From a virus (lineage: Duplodnaviria; Caudoviricetes), in the IMG/VR virus record IMGVR_UViG_3300017553_000001, positions 1 to 61,419 of that record: a DNA stretch of 61,419 bases, one strand, 5' to 3'. A program made the translations under genes and the position numbers. Positions within the stretch are counted from its first letter, which is position 1. Each line of letters begins with the position of its first letter. This document shows positions 10,352 through 20,308 of the stretch, piece by piece. Under the pieces are notes generated by a model. The model searched no databases. It saw nothing but the letters and a program-made list of their open reading frames with translations, and was not told the DNA's origin.

Positions 10352-10632
10352 AACTGCACCTCGCCGTTGCGCCAGAACCAGCTAGCAAGCTGGTCTGCGC
10401 CCGAAAGCACCTCCCTTCCTCTCCATGCCTCGGTGACTACTCCGAGGTTGTCGATCGACCTGTCCTGCACCTGTTGGCGCAGATCGGAAATCAGCCGGTT
10501 AAACGCTTCGATCGCGGCCTTTGCGCCGCTCTTGCTCAGTGACGCGAGACTCCCTGCCCCCGTCGAAATGCGCTGCACCTGCATCTGCAGCATCAGTTCT
10601 TCGGCCTGGAGCCTCGGTATCTGCTGCACCAT
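10348..10632 (-). CDS. Tail assembly chaperone C-terminal (gpT-like) ORF, possibly expressed by -1 frameshift
   Basis: Between TAC and TMP; its frame stays open upstream (ARIVRFYGGLPSEWL) and overlaps the TAC 3' end in the -1 frame. Confidence 0.6.
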   Translation of the reverse strand: MVQQIPRLQAEELMLQMQVQRISTGAGSLASLSKSGAKAAIEAFNRLISDLRQQVQDRSIDNLGVVTEAWRGREVLSGADQLASWFWRNGEVQL

Positions 10633-10694
10633 CTCGTACAGCAGAATCTCCGGCTCGTTGAGCCACTCGGACGGCAGGCCGCCGTAAAAGCGGA

Positions 10695-11150
10695 CTATTC
10701 GTGCGAGAGCTTCGCCGAGGCTAGCTGGTCGCGCAGCTTGCGCAGCTTCACCGGAGCCGTCGGCAGAGCCACCGGGGCCGGTGCCGGCGTCTCCTTCTCC
10801 TCCGTCGTCTCCCTCGTGAAACGTGAGATGACCAACGCGCAGAGTCGGCCGTGTTCCAGAATGCCGAGTTTGTTGACGATCTCGTCCGGCACGTCCGGCA
10901 TCGTGATGCGCATGATCTGCTTGAGAGCAGCGACGTAGATAAGCTCGTCGTCTTCGGTCAGCGTGTCCTCATCGGCGCGCTCGAACTCGGCAATGCCGAC
11001 GAACAGCGACGCGAGTGTCTTGCGCTCGCGGGCGGAATACTCGCCGGTGTCACGCAGGAAGAAGATCTGCCGTTCGCCATCGACGTTGATCGCGACCGGT
11101 AGACGGTCCGGTACTGCGGTATCGAGTGTCAGAATCGGCTTTTGTGACAT
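10695..11150 (-). CDS. Tail assembly chaperone (gpG-like)
   Basis: Position between major tail and TMP; acidic, 151 aa. Confidence 0.6.
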   Translation of the reverse strand: MSQKPILTLDTAVPDRLPVAINVDGERQIFFLRDTGEYSARERKTLASLFVGIAEFERADEDTLTEDDELIYVAALKQIMRITMPDVPDEIVNKLGILEHGRLCALVISRFTRETTEEKETPAPAPVALPTAPVKLRKLRDQLASAKLSHE

Positions 11151-11241
11151 GTGATGGTTGCCCCTTTTACCTATCAGTTTGCTAGTTGGCGCTCCATCTA
11201 CGTATCCGTAAACGGAGCGCCTTCATTACATGGTGTCGGGA

Positions 11242-11871
11242 TTAGGCTGCCGGCAGTGCCGGAGAGTACTTGCGCATCGCGAGGATCCGCGCCGGCGTAA
11301 CGGAGTCATCCGGCAGCACCGTCACTTCGACCGGAATCTGCGCGGCCGTCGCCCGCTGGCCGAGGTTGGACTGCAACCCACCGGTTGCCAGGCCCTTCCA
11401 TGCCACGAGACGGAACGGCTCGCCATCGGACGGCTGCTGCGCGTCGATGCCCCACGTGTTGTAGCTATCGACCACGCTGCCCGTGACGGCGTACTGATCG
11501 TAGCCGCGCGTGCCCTCACCAGCGGCGACAGTCGTGACGACGCCCTGTCCGAGTCCAAGCTTCAGGTTGCCCGGAGTGAACTCGATCAGGTTCGACCCGA
11601 GGGTGATGGTGCGGCCCGTGATCGGGCGGAACAGCGGGTCCAGCACTTGATCGGACACGATCTCTCCGCGCTCGACGGACATGTTGAAGTTAATGCCGTC
11701 CTGGGTATAGCCCAGCCCGAGCCAATCCCCTTCCTGTCCGGCGGCCTTCCCCCAGTCCTTCCCAAAGTCGCCAGCACCGACGGTGTCGACCGGGAAGTCG
11801 TTTTCAGCGTCGTACGGCGTGACAAACAGGTTCGCCTCGCCAAACAGCACCGCAGAAGCGTCATTAGCCAT
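11242..11871 (-). CDS. Major tail (tube) protein
   Basis: WLGLGYTQDGI...SDQV...FTPGNL motif pattern; GGAGG RBS; position. Confidence 0.8.
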   Translation of the reverse strand: MANDASAVLFGEANLFVTPYDAENDFPVDTVGAGDFGKDWGKAAGQEGDWLGLGYTQDGINFNMSVERGEIVSDQVLDPLFRPITGRTITLGSNLIEFTPGNLKLGLGQGVVTTVAAGEGTRGYDQYAVTGSVVDSYNTWGIDAQQPSDGEPFRLVAWKGLATGGLQSNLGQRATAAQIPVEVTVLPDDSVTPARILAMRKYSPALPAA

Positions 11872-11906
11872 GTGAACTGCCCTCCATACTTACCGGCCGG
11901 GCCGGC

Positions 11907-12236
11907 TTACTCGGCTGCGCCCTCGGCAGCCTCGCTACCAGATGTCTCCGCTGGCGGCGTTTCCGCCGGCTTCGGCTTCGTCGCGCGACTGCGCCGCGAC
12001 GACGTGCCGCGCGCCGTTGCCTTTGCCTGCGTCTTCGCTGGCGTCTTCGATACCGGCGACTTTTCAGCCACCTCTTCGAGCACGAAGCCCGAGCGCATCA
12101 GCTGCTGCGCCTGCGCTTCGGTGAGATGAATTGCCTCACCGCGCCGGATCGGAGTAGCGCTGTTCGTGCCCTGCAGCAAATCGACGCGCGGTTTCCCTCC
12201 GATCCATTTGTACAGGCGGTACATCAACTTCTTCAC
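11907..12236 (-). CDS. Hypothetical protein (low-complexity C-terminus)
   Basis: 109 aa, overlap-coupled within the late operon. Confidence 0.6.
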   Translation of the reverse strand: MKKLMYRLYKWIGGKPRVDLLQGTNSATPIRRGEAIHLTEAQAQQLMRSGFVLEEVAEKSPVSKTPAKTQAKATARGTSSRRSRATKPKPAETPPAETSGSEAAEGAAE

Positions 12237-12718
12237 CTGCGCATCACCCCCTTTCGAGGTGTGGTGTCACCTGGACGCGGGCCGATGTTTGCGTGTGGCC
12301 CTACCCGCGCCCGGATCCGGTCGTATAGCTCGCGCGCCTTTTCGGTCGTGATCGGCTCGATCGCCCCGATCTGCTGCGCGTTCATCGTCAGCGTTCGCGC
12401 CAGCTCGCTGTCCTGCGTGATGCTTTCCAGCGCCGCATACACGCCCCAGATGCCACGGTGCGGCCGTTCGATGCCAGCGATCGTGAAGTACGACTCGACC
12501 GCCCCCTGTCTTCCCTGTGCGCTCGACTGCCAGTTGAAGACGTTGCGTACGAGATACCAGCGGTCATCGAGCATCCGCTGTCGCATCGCCATCGCTCGGC
12601 GCGTCAGTAACCCGTTCTCGTCGGTCTCCGTCGCTATGCGCAACTCGCGCTCATCGAGCGTGCGCCAGGTGTCGGGGTTGTCCGGTAATACCGGCGACAG
12701 GACTGGAATCATCGTCAT
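12233..12718 (-). CDS. Hypothetical protein
   Basis: ATG at 12718 overlaps the upstream stop (ATGA); the longer track ORF overlaps another gene. Confidence 0.6.
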   Translation of the reverse strand: MTMIPVLSPVLPDNPDTWRTLDERELRIATETDENGLLTRRAMAMRQRMLDDRWYLVRNVFNWQSSAQGRQGAVESYFTIAGIERPHRGIWGVYAALESITQDSELARTLTMNAQQIGAIEPITTEKARELYDRIRARVGPHANIGPRPGDTTPRKGVMRR

Positions 12719-13152
12719 GCTGGTACCGGCTCCTCTAGCACTACCAGTCCGTAGACCGTCAACTCGTATGGGAACGCACCCGTTGGCGTCATGCTCGCGA
12801 TCGGTCCGCTGCGTACCCACACCTGCGGGATTACGCATTCCTGCCGGTGAATCCGGCGCGACTTTCCCACCGGTGCCAGCGCTCCCCGAACGATCCGCGA
12901 ACCAATGCTCGCTTCGGTGGCATCGGTGCCGAACGTCACGACAGCCACATTCGGCTGCGAGTACGGCCCGTTCCCGATCTGGCCGCCGCCCTGATTCCCC
13001 GCAACCACGATCCAGTTCTGCGGCACGTCGGCTCGATCTGGCACATGCGTCGCAATGCGCTCTGCCGGTGCCCACGCCACGACCTCCGGGATCGTCCGCA
13101 GGTGATCGACGATGGCCGAGACGAAGTCCGGCGGCACGACGATGCCACTCAT
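12715..13152 (-). CDS. Tail terminator/completion protein-like
   Basis: 145 aa, after the HK97 gp10-like gene and before the major tail gene. Confidence 0.55.
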   Translation of the reverse strand: MSGIVVPPDFVSAIVDHLRTIPEVVAWAPAERIATHVPDRADVPQNWIVVAGNQGGGQIGNGPYSQPNVAVVTFGTDATEASIGSRIVRGALAPVGKSRRIHRQECVIPQVWVRSGPIASMTPTGAFPYELTVYGLVVLEEPVPA

Positions 13153-13490
13153 TACAGGCCCGCAATCCTCGACGCTAACAGCGGGAACTCGTCCAGTGCC
13201 GCTGGCCGTAGATAGGGCTGGGCCACCATCTTGTAGGTGCCCTCCTCGACATAGATTGCGTACTCAACTCCCTCGGCACCGAATGTCGCGACGTAGCCAC
13301 CGCCGGACTTCTGCGCTGGTTTCCAGTCGATGTTCTGTTCCAGCCAGCCGGTGTCCCGTGGTGCCAGAATCTGCGCGCCGAGCGCTGCCTGCTCGACGGT
13401 CTCATTCATCGCGACGATGATGTTGGTTTCGATCCGCTTCAGGATCTGATCGCCATACCAGGCGAGGCTCATCGTTGCTCCGGTTGCCAT
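13152..13490 (-). CDS. HK97 gp10-family tail component
   Basis: APRDTGWLEQNI...EYAIYVEEGTYKMVAQPYLRPA. Confidence 0.9.
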   Translation of the reverse strand: MATGATMSLAWYGDQILKRIETNIIVAMNETVEQAALGAQILAPRDTGWLEQNIDWKPAQKSGGGYVATFGAEGVEYAIYVEEGTYKMVAQPYLRPAALDEFPLLASRIAGL

Positions 13491-13897
13491 TACGTCACCC
13501 CGTACTCTTCGAGGATCACCAGCGCATGTGATGACCGGAGTACCACGGCATCAACGCGCATCGGTCGAACGTTGAGCTTGCGGCCCGTCAGGTCGATGAC
13601 CGTTGCGACGCGATCACCTTCGAGCACGTTGGCGTTCTGCACAACCAGCATCCCGTAGCGCCGCTGGACGACATCGATCATCTGGCCCGGCACGTAGCCT
13701 AGGACGGATCCTGGGATCGGCACTGGGAAGCGACAGTTGAGCGTCCCCGTCGGCTGCCAGTTCTCAGCTGCTGGCCGCCCTGGCGCGCGCTCCGCACCCG
13801 GCTGGTTGCGCTCGAACGTGGCGGAGTCGGTCAGCATGTCCGCGATCATGTCGCGCGCATAGCCGACCGTGTGCTCGATGTCGTGCCGACTTACCAC
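13490..13897 (-). CDS. Head-closure/head-tail adaptor-like
   Basis: 135 aa, VLEGDRV...VDAV beta pattern; position. Confidence 0.55.
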   Translation of the reverse strand: MVSRHDIEHTVGYARDMIADMLTDSATFERNQPGAERAPGRPAAENWQPTGTLNCRFPVPIPGSVLGYVPGQMIDVVQRRYGMLVVQNANVLEGDRVATVIDLTGRKLNVRPMRVDAVVLRSSHALVILEEYGVT

Positions 13898-14304
13898 TGA
13901 TTCCGCCTCCGTCGCCGACCGTCGATCGTGACGCGGGTTACGACATAGGCTTCCCCGTAGATGGCCGCAGCGCGTTCTGCAGCTGCCAGTGCGCGGACCG
14001 CCTGCTGATTGATCTGGTGGCCATAGGCACGGATGCCGTCCGGCATCGCCAGATACGTTTCCCCGCTCGTCTGCTCCACCACCGCGCGCCAGAGCTCGAC
14101 GCGCGCCAGTGCCTTCAGTCGCGGCACATCATCGACCTGCTCGACAGTATCGACGCCGTACGACACCAGCGAGTCGATGATGATGTCCGTGACAGATGCC
14201 GAAGTCTCCCACCCGAGCACGCGTGCGATACGTGCGCCAACAGTGCGCAGCATCCACTGGGCGAGCTCTTCATCGGTGATCGAATTCGGCACCTGCACTG
14301 ACAT
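13891..14304 (-). CDS. Head-tail connector-like protein
   Basis: ATG at 14304 with GAAAGG RBS; position after capsid. Confidence 0.5.
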   Translation of the reverse strand: MSVQVPNSITDEELAQWMLRTVGARIARVLGWETSASVTDIIIDSLVSYGVDTVEQVDDVPRLKALARVELWRAVVEQTSGETYLAMPDGIRAYGHQINQQAVRALAAAERAAAIYGEAYVVTRVTIDGRRRRRNQW

Positions 14305-14308
14305 GTGC

Positions 14309-14731
14309 CTAACCTTTCTCGTCCGGCGTTGCGGCCTTGCGGGCAGACCCGCGCCGCGTGGCCTTGCCGGTGGTCGCCTTCGCGTCGGTCGCAGCGGGAT
14401 CTTCCGTCGCACTCGGCGTCTCAGGCTCTACCGTGGTAGTCGCCTGCCCCTCAGTGGCTTCGGTCTCCGCCGTGGGGGGAGTGACCTCTGCGTTGGCTGT
14501 TGCATCGACCGCCTGGGGCTGGCCGTTTCCGGCCGGCGGTGCGTCCTGTGCCGTGCCCTCGACCGGCGGAGCGGGAGACTCCAACTCCGGCTTCGGCAGG
14601 CTCCCCGCTGCGATCACGCCGCGCTTCGCGAGAATGCGGGCGGCCTCAATGGGGAGCATCACGGATCCAGGGCCATACACGACACCGAAGACGATCCATG
14701 AGCGGTCAAGCTCAGCGGTTATCGTCTTCAT
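14309..14731 (-). CDS. Hypothetical protein (Pro/Ala/Thr-rich)
   Basis: 140 aa, coupled to the capsid stop. Confidence 0.6.
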   Translation of the reverse strand: MKTITAELDRSWIVFGVVYGPGSVMLPIEAARILAKRGVIAAGSLPKPELESPAPPVEGTAQDAPPAGNGQPQAVDATANAEVTPPTAETEATEGQATTTVEPETPSATEDPAATDAKATTGKATRRGSARKAATPDEKG

Positions 14732-15849
14732 TACGGTTCCGGCTCTTCCGGCACTACCGGATCGCCGATGCCAGTCAGGACGGCGAGCGCTTCGGGGTCG
14801 GTGATGACCGGCAGGCTCGTCTGCCAGCCTTCGGCCGTCAGGCGCGGCGGCTTATTCTCGAACGCTTCGAGGTGATACGCGCGGCCCGGTGCCGTACGGC
14901 CGACTGCCACGCCGATCGCCGTATAGCCGAGCGTGTCCGGCAGATACACCGGCTCCTCGTCATCCGTCTGGATTTCCTCGGTCCGTCCAGTCGCTGCGGC
15001 AAACACCATCGTCCCTGCTGGCAGGAACGGAAACCGTCCCGTCAGCGTGTTGTAGTGGTTGTCGTAGGTCGTGATCGGCGGCAGACCGTCGCCCATCAGG
15101 TAGGCGTTGATATCGGCCAGCGTGACGCGGCCGAACAGGTCGCCGTCGGACAGCGTGCGGACGTTCGCGACGCGCCGGATGACCTGCTGGTTGCGCACCA
15201 GCATCGAGACGACCGCGCGGCGCGTGATGATGGACGAGATGCTATAGCCCTTGTCCTGCATCATCGTGACCATGCCGTCGATGTCATCGAACGGATCGTA
15301 GTCGGTGGCGGTCCAGTCCCCGCCGACGGCCGCGCGATGGCCGGTCGGATTCGGGTACGTCACCGTCTCGGAGTAGGCGTTGTCGCCCAACCGAACGACG
15401 GATGCGTTGACGATTGCTTCCCAGCGCTGGCGCTCTTCGAGCGTCACGAGCGCCTGCACGATCGTGCGGTCGAACCACTGGATCGCAGAAGCGTTCGCTT
15501 CCTTGTCGGCGTTGCGACCCAACAGCAGGTTTATCGCTTCGAGTTCACGCGACACAAGCTCCTGCGCGACGTCCTGATTGCCCAGCTCGACGAGGAAGCC
15601 CCCGACGATCTGGCCAGTGGACAGACGCTGCGCCGGCGAGTACCGCGAGCCGTCGTTCGCGATCACCGTGCGATAGTGGATCTGCTCCTCGCGATAGGCG
15701 TTTTCCGGCACCATGCGCTCCGGCAGGAGTCGTGCGCCGAGAAACGGCTGATCCGGCGGACCGAACTGCGACAGCGGATTCGCCAGCAGGTAGTCCAGGT
15801 CGCCGGCCTCGCGCATCGCCAGCACGAGGGACATCAGGTCCTTCGCCAT
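14731..15849 (-). CDS. Major capsid protein (lambda E-like family)
   Basis: 372 aa, EERQRWEAIVN, WT..D.DPFDDI, GLPPITTYD, LPVI.DP. Confidence 0.85.
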   Translation of the reverse strand: MAKDLMSLVLAMREAGDLDYLLANPLSQFGPPDQPFLGARLLPERMVPENAYREEQIHYRTVIANDGSRYSPAQRLSTGQIVGGFLVELGNQDVAQELVSRELEAINLLLGRNADKEANASAIQWFDRTIVQALVTLEERQRWEAIVNASVVRLGDNAYSETVTYPNPTGHRAAVGGDWTATDYDPFDDIDGMVTMMQDKGYSISSIITRRAVVSMLVRNQQVIRRVANVRTLSDGDLFGRVTLADINAYLMGDGLPPITTYDNHYNTLTGRFPFLPAGTMVFAAATGRTEEIQTDDEEPVYLPDTLGYTAIGVAVGRTAPGRAYHLEAFENKPPRLTAEGWQTSLPVITDPEALAVLTGIGDPVVPEEPEP

Positions 15850-15890
15850 GTTGTTGCTCCATCCCCCGCCTCATACGCAGGCGGTGCGTC

Positions 15891-16286
15891 TTATTCCGCC
15901 GCCTGCGCGCCGTAGACGGTCTCGTACCGCTTGACGATCTCGGCCAGCGGGTCCGTGGCCTGCGATGCAGCCGGCAGATGGTTGACCTTGACAAGGCCAC
16001 CGTGCCGATACAGCTCGACCTCGGGGTTGACGGCCGCGTCAGTGACGTCATGCAGGACGAGATAGATGTCGGCGTGCGTCTTGTTGAACGGGCCGAACTT
16101 CGCGTCCTTCGTTGCTCGGCTCACCAGGGAACCGCTCGCGATGAACTTCTTGCCCTCGCCATTCGCCGTAAACAGTGACGCATCGACCACCGCACCGCCG
16201 GGCAGCACATGCTCACGGTCGGAGAAGTCGCCCTGCCATGCCGGCGCGAGGTTTCGTTCGTAGTTGCTGAAAACGATCCGGGCCAT
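15891..16286 (-). CDS. Head decoration protein-like
   Basis: 131 aa between scaffold and capsid; GKKFIASG...HGGLVKVNHLP. Confidence 0.65.
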   Translation of the reverse strand: MARIVFSNYERNLAPAWQGDFSDREHVLPGGAVVDASLFTANGEGKKFIASGSLVSRATKDAKFGPFNKTHADIYLVLHDVTDAAVNPEVELYRHGGLVKVNHLPAASQATDPLAEIVKRYETVYGAQAAE

Positions 16287-16321
16287 TGTTACCCTCCAAC
16301 GTTCCCGCGCCGGTTGCCGGT

Positions 16322-16912
16322 CTAGTCGCTGCTCTTGCTCTTGCGCAGGCTCCGGTAGCGGTTCGATACGTACTGCTTGGCAGCCTCGCCCTTTTCAGGC
16401 GCTTTGCTCTTGTCCTTCGGCGTTGCCGGTACCCCGTCGCGCTTTGTTTCGCCCTTCAGCGTCTCGCGGTTCTCGGCGATGTAGTCGAGCTGGTCAACGA
16501 CGTCCATCTTGTCCAGCAGCGGCAGAATGTGCTCAGGAATGCCCTCACGCTCGGCCTTCAGGTACGTCTCCAGGGATGACCGATAGCGGTCGGCCTCATC
16601 GGCCTTTTTCTGCGCCTCGTCAAGCTCCGCCTTGCGCTTTTCGGCAAGCTCCTTGAACTGGTTCTGTTCAGCGAGTTTGGCTTCTTCGTCCGTCTCGATC
16701 TTCTTCAGGAGCGCGTTGTGCTCCCGCTCCGTCGCGCGCAACTTCTTGATGAGCTCCATCGCGCGGTCTTTGTCGAAGTCGTCCGGCGTCTCGTCGGACT
16801 TGGCGTCCTTGGGGTTGTCTGCCGGCGGCGTCTTGCTCGCGGCAGGGTTCGTGGGGTCATCCGTCGCTGGCGTCTTGCCGGTCGTCGGATCCTTGTCGTT
16901 GTCCGAGGGCAT
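16322..16912 (-). CDS. Capsid scaffolding protein
   Basis: Low-complexity N-terminus plus charged coiled coil; GAGGTG RBS before ATG 16912. Confidence 0.75.
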   Translation of the reverse strand: MPSDNDKDPTTGKTPATDDPTNPAASKTPPADNPKDAKSDETPDDFDKDRAMELIKKLRATEREHNALLKKIETDEEAKLAEQNQFKELAEKRKAELDEAQKKADEADRYRSSLETYLKAEREGIPEHILPLLDKMDVVDQLDYIAENRETLKGETKRDGVPATPKDKSKAPEKGEAAKQYVSNRYRSLRKSKSSD

Positions 16913-16996
16913 CTGCTCACCTCTCGTGAGTTCTGCCGACAACGACGGCCCAGGCGAGCGTCGTTGTCGCTAGTCCGTGGGCGCGCTTTCACGCCG

Positions 16997-17026
16997 ATTG
17001 TAGATTGAGCGTACCGCTTTCGTCAA
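16997..17026 (-). promoter_or_regulatory. Sigma70-type promoter for scaffold/capsid genes, overlapped by a TACCGCT operator half-site
   Basis: Minus strand TTGACG-18bp-TACAAT; TACCGCTTTCGTCAATA at 17012-17028. Confidence 0.65.
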
Positions 17027-17256
17027 TATCTACCACAACGGTAGGTGGCATTACCCAATGTGAACCGATCCTGTTCGCACTCGCCGAGTTCGATCTGCGC
17101 CACGGCCGCGCGACGCGCTACTGTCGCTCGATCCAGATACGTCTCTGGTGCGATCCTTCTCAGCTGATCGATCGCATTCTGAATGCTGCTGATCGCGGGC
17201 GGGTAGTACGCCTGCCCGTGGAACTCGCGCGCATTACTGCAATATCGGCGCGTCAT
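17023..17256 (-). CDS. Hypothetical protein
   Basis: 77 aa, ATGA overlap with upstream gene. Confidence 0.5.
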   Translation of the reverse strand: MTRRYCSNAREFHGQAYYPPAISSIQNAIDQLRRIAPETYLDRATVARRAAVAQIELGECEQDRFTLGNATYRCGRY

Positions 17257-17762
17257 GCCGCCTCGCTCTCATGAGAGTCTTCGTCCTGCTCTGCCTCGGC
17301 GGATTGCGCTCGCGTTAGCACGTCTTGTGCGCGCGGCCGGTCGCTGGCATCTTCGGCCGTCCACACCAGTGCATTCGTCAGCTGCGACACGACGCGCTCT
17401 TCGTGAAAGAGCCACTCGCTCCAGTCGCGATCGGAGTTGGGCAGCGGCCGCAGCTCTGCGACGAGGACATGTGCCAGCTCGTGCAGGATGGTTCGCTCGA
17501 TCATCCGCTGCTGTTCTGTGACGCTGCACACGGGTGTACCGAAGGAGTCGTAGAGCGCGCCGCAATAGAACGTGATTGCGAACATCATGTACTCAGGGTG
17601 GACGTCCACAGTCGCCGTGGTTCGACCGCCCTTGTCGTTATCCTCGTAGCCGCGCTCGAATTGCAGGTTCACATCCCATGTGCGTAAGCCCAGACAACCA
17701 ATCCACCATTCGGCCTGTCGCTCAATCTCAGCCCTCAGCGTCTGGAAATCGTTGTCGTTCAC
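17253..17762 (-). CDS. Putative zincin metallopeptidase
   Basis: TILHELAHVLV (HExxH) with downstream HEE; GTGA overlap at 17759-17762. Confidence 0.65.
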   Translation of the reverse strand: MNDNDFQTLRAEIERQAEWWIGCLGLRTWDVNLQFERGYEDNDKGGRTTATVDVHPEYMMFAITFYCGALYDSFGTPVCSVTEQQRMIERTILHELAHVLVAELRPLPNSDRDWSEWLFHEERVVSQLTNALVWTAEDASDRPRAQDVLTRAQSAEAEQDEDSHESEAA

Positions 17763-18751
17763 GCCGTTGCCTCTCCCGTCGCCACGGCCAGCGGTGCCCG
17801 TCGCAAGCCCCTGCCCCAGCGTGGATCGTCGGTCTCCATCACAAAATCTGCGAGCGCCACCTTGCCCGCCTTCCACTCGCGATGCGCACTCGGCCCGAGA
17901 ATCGCCAGCTGCAGGTCCTCCGGCTGCTCGTCAAACCACTCCTCGCCCGTCTGTGGCTTCTGATCGCTCGGTGGTTCCATCCCAAAAGCCTGGACGCAGC
18001 GACAGTTGGCGTGCGAGTCGAGCGACTCTTCCAGCGTGTGCCACGATCCGTGCATCGACAGGCAGACGACGCAGGGTGGCGGGTCTGCGCCGATCTCAGC
18101 GGTCCACGTCCAGCCAGCGCGCGGCTCTCTCCCGAGACTCTCGCGAGCCTGCGCCATGCTGCCGCCACGATAGGCGCGGCTCACTTCCGACCGGCTGATC
18201 GTCAGCGCCCGCGCCATGCTGCCGCCCAGACCATTGCGCGCGCGCTGCCGGATGTCGGACGGGTCCAGCCCTTCACGGAAGCCAGCCGCGATGCCCAGCA
18301 CCGTCCGCACTCGCGCGCCTCTGGCCAGTGTCCCCAGTAGTGACTGAACAGTCCTGCCGTCCGGTAACAGTCCGACGTAGCCCACCAGCGCGGCCGTGTC
18401 GATCGCTGAATCGGCTGACAACCCCAGCATCGCCAGCGTTGCGTCGCGGCCGAGAATGGCTCCGACTGCCTGCAATTGCAGGATCCGTGGCCCGAGCTCT
18501 TGCACGATCGCGCCAACGCCGCGTGTGACGCGCTCTCCGATCGCCAGGGTCGCGGCGTCACGAGTGACCGACGCCGGCGACACTTCATCATCGCCCGCAT
18601 AGGCGATCACCGTAGCGATGGCGGCTTCCACGTCAGCGGCTATGTCGTCCCACAGTGCCGCGTAGCGCCGGCGCACGATCGCCTCAATCGTGTTTTCCTG
18701 CTTCGTGAGCTTGCGTCGATATTCCTGGGCGACCTCGATTGCGTCCGGCAT
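17759..18751 (-). CDS. Minor head/MuF-like morphogenesis protein
   Basis: RALTISRSEVSRAY, CVVCLSMHG, HANCRC. Confidence 0.85.
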   Translation of the reverse strand: MPDAIEVAQEYRRKLTKQENTIEAIVRRRYAALWDDIAADVEAAIATVIAYAGDDEVSPASVTRDAATLAIGERVTRGVGAIVQELGPRILQLQAVGAILGRDATLAMLGLSADSAIDTAALVGYVGLLPDGRTVQSLLGTLARGARVRTVLGIAAGFREGLDPSDIRQRARNGLGGSMARALTISRSEVSRAYRGGSMAQARESLGREPRAGWTWTAEIGADPPPCVVCLSMHGSWHTLEESLDSHANCRCVQAFGMEPPSDQKPQTGEEWFDEQPEDLQLAILGPSAHREWKAGKVALADFVMETDDPRWGRGLRRAPLAVATGEATA

Positions 18752-18754
18752 GCC

Positions 18755-20308
18755 CTATTCCCTCCGCAGCGCCTGCTCTAGCAACCGCTGCGCTTCGTCG
18801 TCGGCCGGGTTGTCGAGCGTCTCTCCAGCGGCTTCGCCGGAATCGAACTCGGCCAGCATCGCGCGAGCGTCCTTTTCGGCGATGCCGTCCTCGATCAGCA
18901 ACGCCTCATTCGTCCAGCCGTACTGCTGGCGCTTGATCGCTGCTTCGGCGCGGGTCTTGTCAACTTCAGCGCGCTCCTCATCGGACAGCGGGATGATTTC
19001 GCGCTCACGGAATGAATGATCCAGCTGCCCGTCCTCGAAGCGTCCGAGCTTCTCGAACCCTCGCAGGCGGTGGTGCGCTCCGATCGTGCAGGCCATCTGC
19101 TGACCGCGCACCAATACGCCCTCACCGTTGCCACGGGCTTCTTCGGCGTTCGCGATTGCCGGAATGAGCATGTACCGAATGGCCTTGCCTGACAGGTCGG
19201 TCGCCTCAGAGACTCGGTAGTAGCCCAACTCCGGCAGGTCGGTCGTCTGCAGGTGCTCGATGTGTGCAGCCAGCACCTGTCGATGCGCGTCGTATGGCAG
19301 GTTCGCGATACTCGGCCGCATGTCCCAGCCGCTCGGTAGCGCGTACATGCGCTGTCCGCCGACCGTCATTTCATTGTCGCTGTTGATGTTCAGCATCGGT
19401 GGCCGAAGCGGCTTGCCGTTCTCGTCAGTCAGGTTCGAGAAGAGCACGAGGTCGGCGCGGTTGTACTGGAACATCAGGTTATGGAGTCGCGTTGCCATCC
19501 GGCTCGCCTCGTGGGCCTTCACCAGAGCCGGGATGATCCGTGCATCGCCGCGCTTGTTCCCCAGGTCGATGTGCTTGCCGTGGACGAATGGGATGAAGTC
19601 GAAGCCGAACGATTCGATCGCCTTTTCGGTCTTTGGCTTGCCCAGATCGACGATCTCGCGCTCCAGCCCGAGATCGTGTTCCCAGACGCGATAGGTTCCG
19701 GCTCGCTTGTCCCAGACTTCGGTGTGGATGTACTCAACGAGCTTGTCAGCCTCACGCCGTTCGCTCGGCACGTCCAGTCGGATGTACGTCAGGTAGTTGC
19801 GTTCGTCGACGTCGAAGTCGGTGACGTTATCAGCCTTGATGAGTTGCATGAATACACGATCGACCTTGCCCTGCCGGTCGCTATGCGTCGCGACCTTGAT
19901 GAAGGAGTCACCAAGCATCGCGTCGTTGCGGGCGTACACCTGCTTCTGCGCACCCCAGTTGGACCACTGCCAGATCTGATGGATTGCGGCGATCAGGTCG
20001 TCGGGATTGTCCACATGCTCAGGGACGTCGATCGGCAACGCCTGTGGCAGCGCGCCGGGCCACATCGTCGCGGCATAGAACTCCACGACAGCCTTCGTCG
20101 GGTTGCGCAAGCCGATTGTGACCTGCTCGCCGCCGGCGTCATCGGTGGCCATGTCGTTGTAGTACAGCGCCCGTAGCAGATCGTAGTGTGCACGCGGCGA
20201 TGCTGGACCCTGTCGGCCCAGCGCGGACGCGATCAAAGCATCGTACTGTGCCCCATCATTCCCGAGCATCTCTTCCATCGCACCGACAACGCGCGTCCAG
20301 AACGTCAC
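18755..20308 (-). CDS. Portal protein (SPP1 gp6-like)
   Basis: 517 aa after TerL; FIPFVH, LSGKAIR. Confidence 0.8.
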   Translation of the reverse strand: MTFWTRVVGAMEEMLGNDGAQYDALIASALGRQGPASPRAHYDLLRALYYNDMATDDAGGEQVTIGLRNPTKAVVEFYAATMWPGALPQALPIDVPEHVDNPDDLIAAIHQIWQWSNWGAQKQVYARNDAMLGDSFIKVATHSDRQGKVDRVFMQLIKADNVTDFDVDERNYLTYIRLDVPSERREADKLVEYIHTEVWDKRAGTYRVWEHDLGLEREIVDLGKPKTEKAIESFGFDFIPFVHGKHIDLGNKRGDARIIPALVKAHEASRMATRLHNLMFQYNRADLVLFSNLTDENGKPLRPPMLNINSDNEMTVGGQRMYALPSGWDMRPSIANLPYDAHRQVLAAHIEHLQTTDLPELGYYRVSEATDLSGKAIRYMLIPAIANAEEARGNGEGVLVRGQQMACTIGAHHRLRGFEKLGRFEDGQLDHSFREREIIPLSDEERAEVDKTRAEAAIKRQQYGWTNEALLIEDGIAEKDARAMLAEFDSGEAAGETLDNPADDEAQRLLEQALRRE

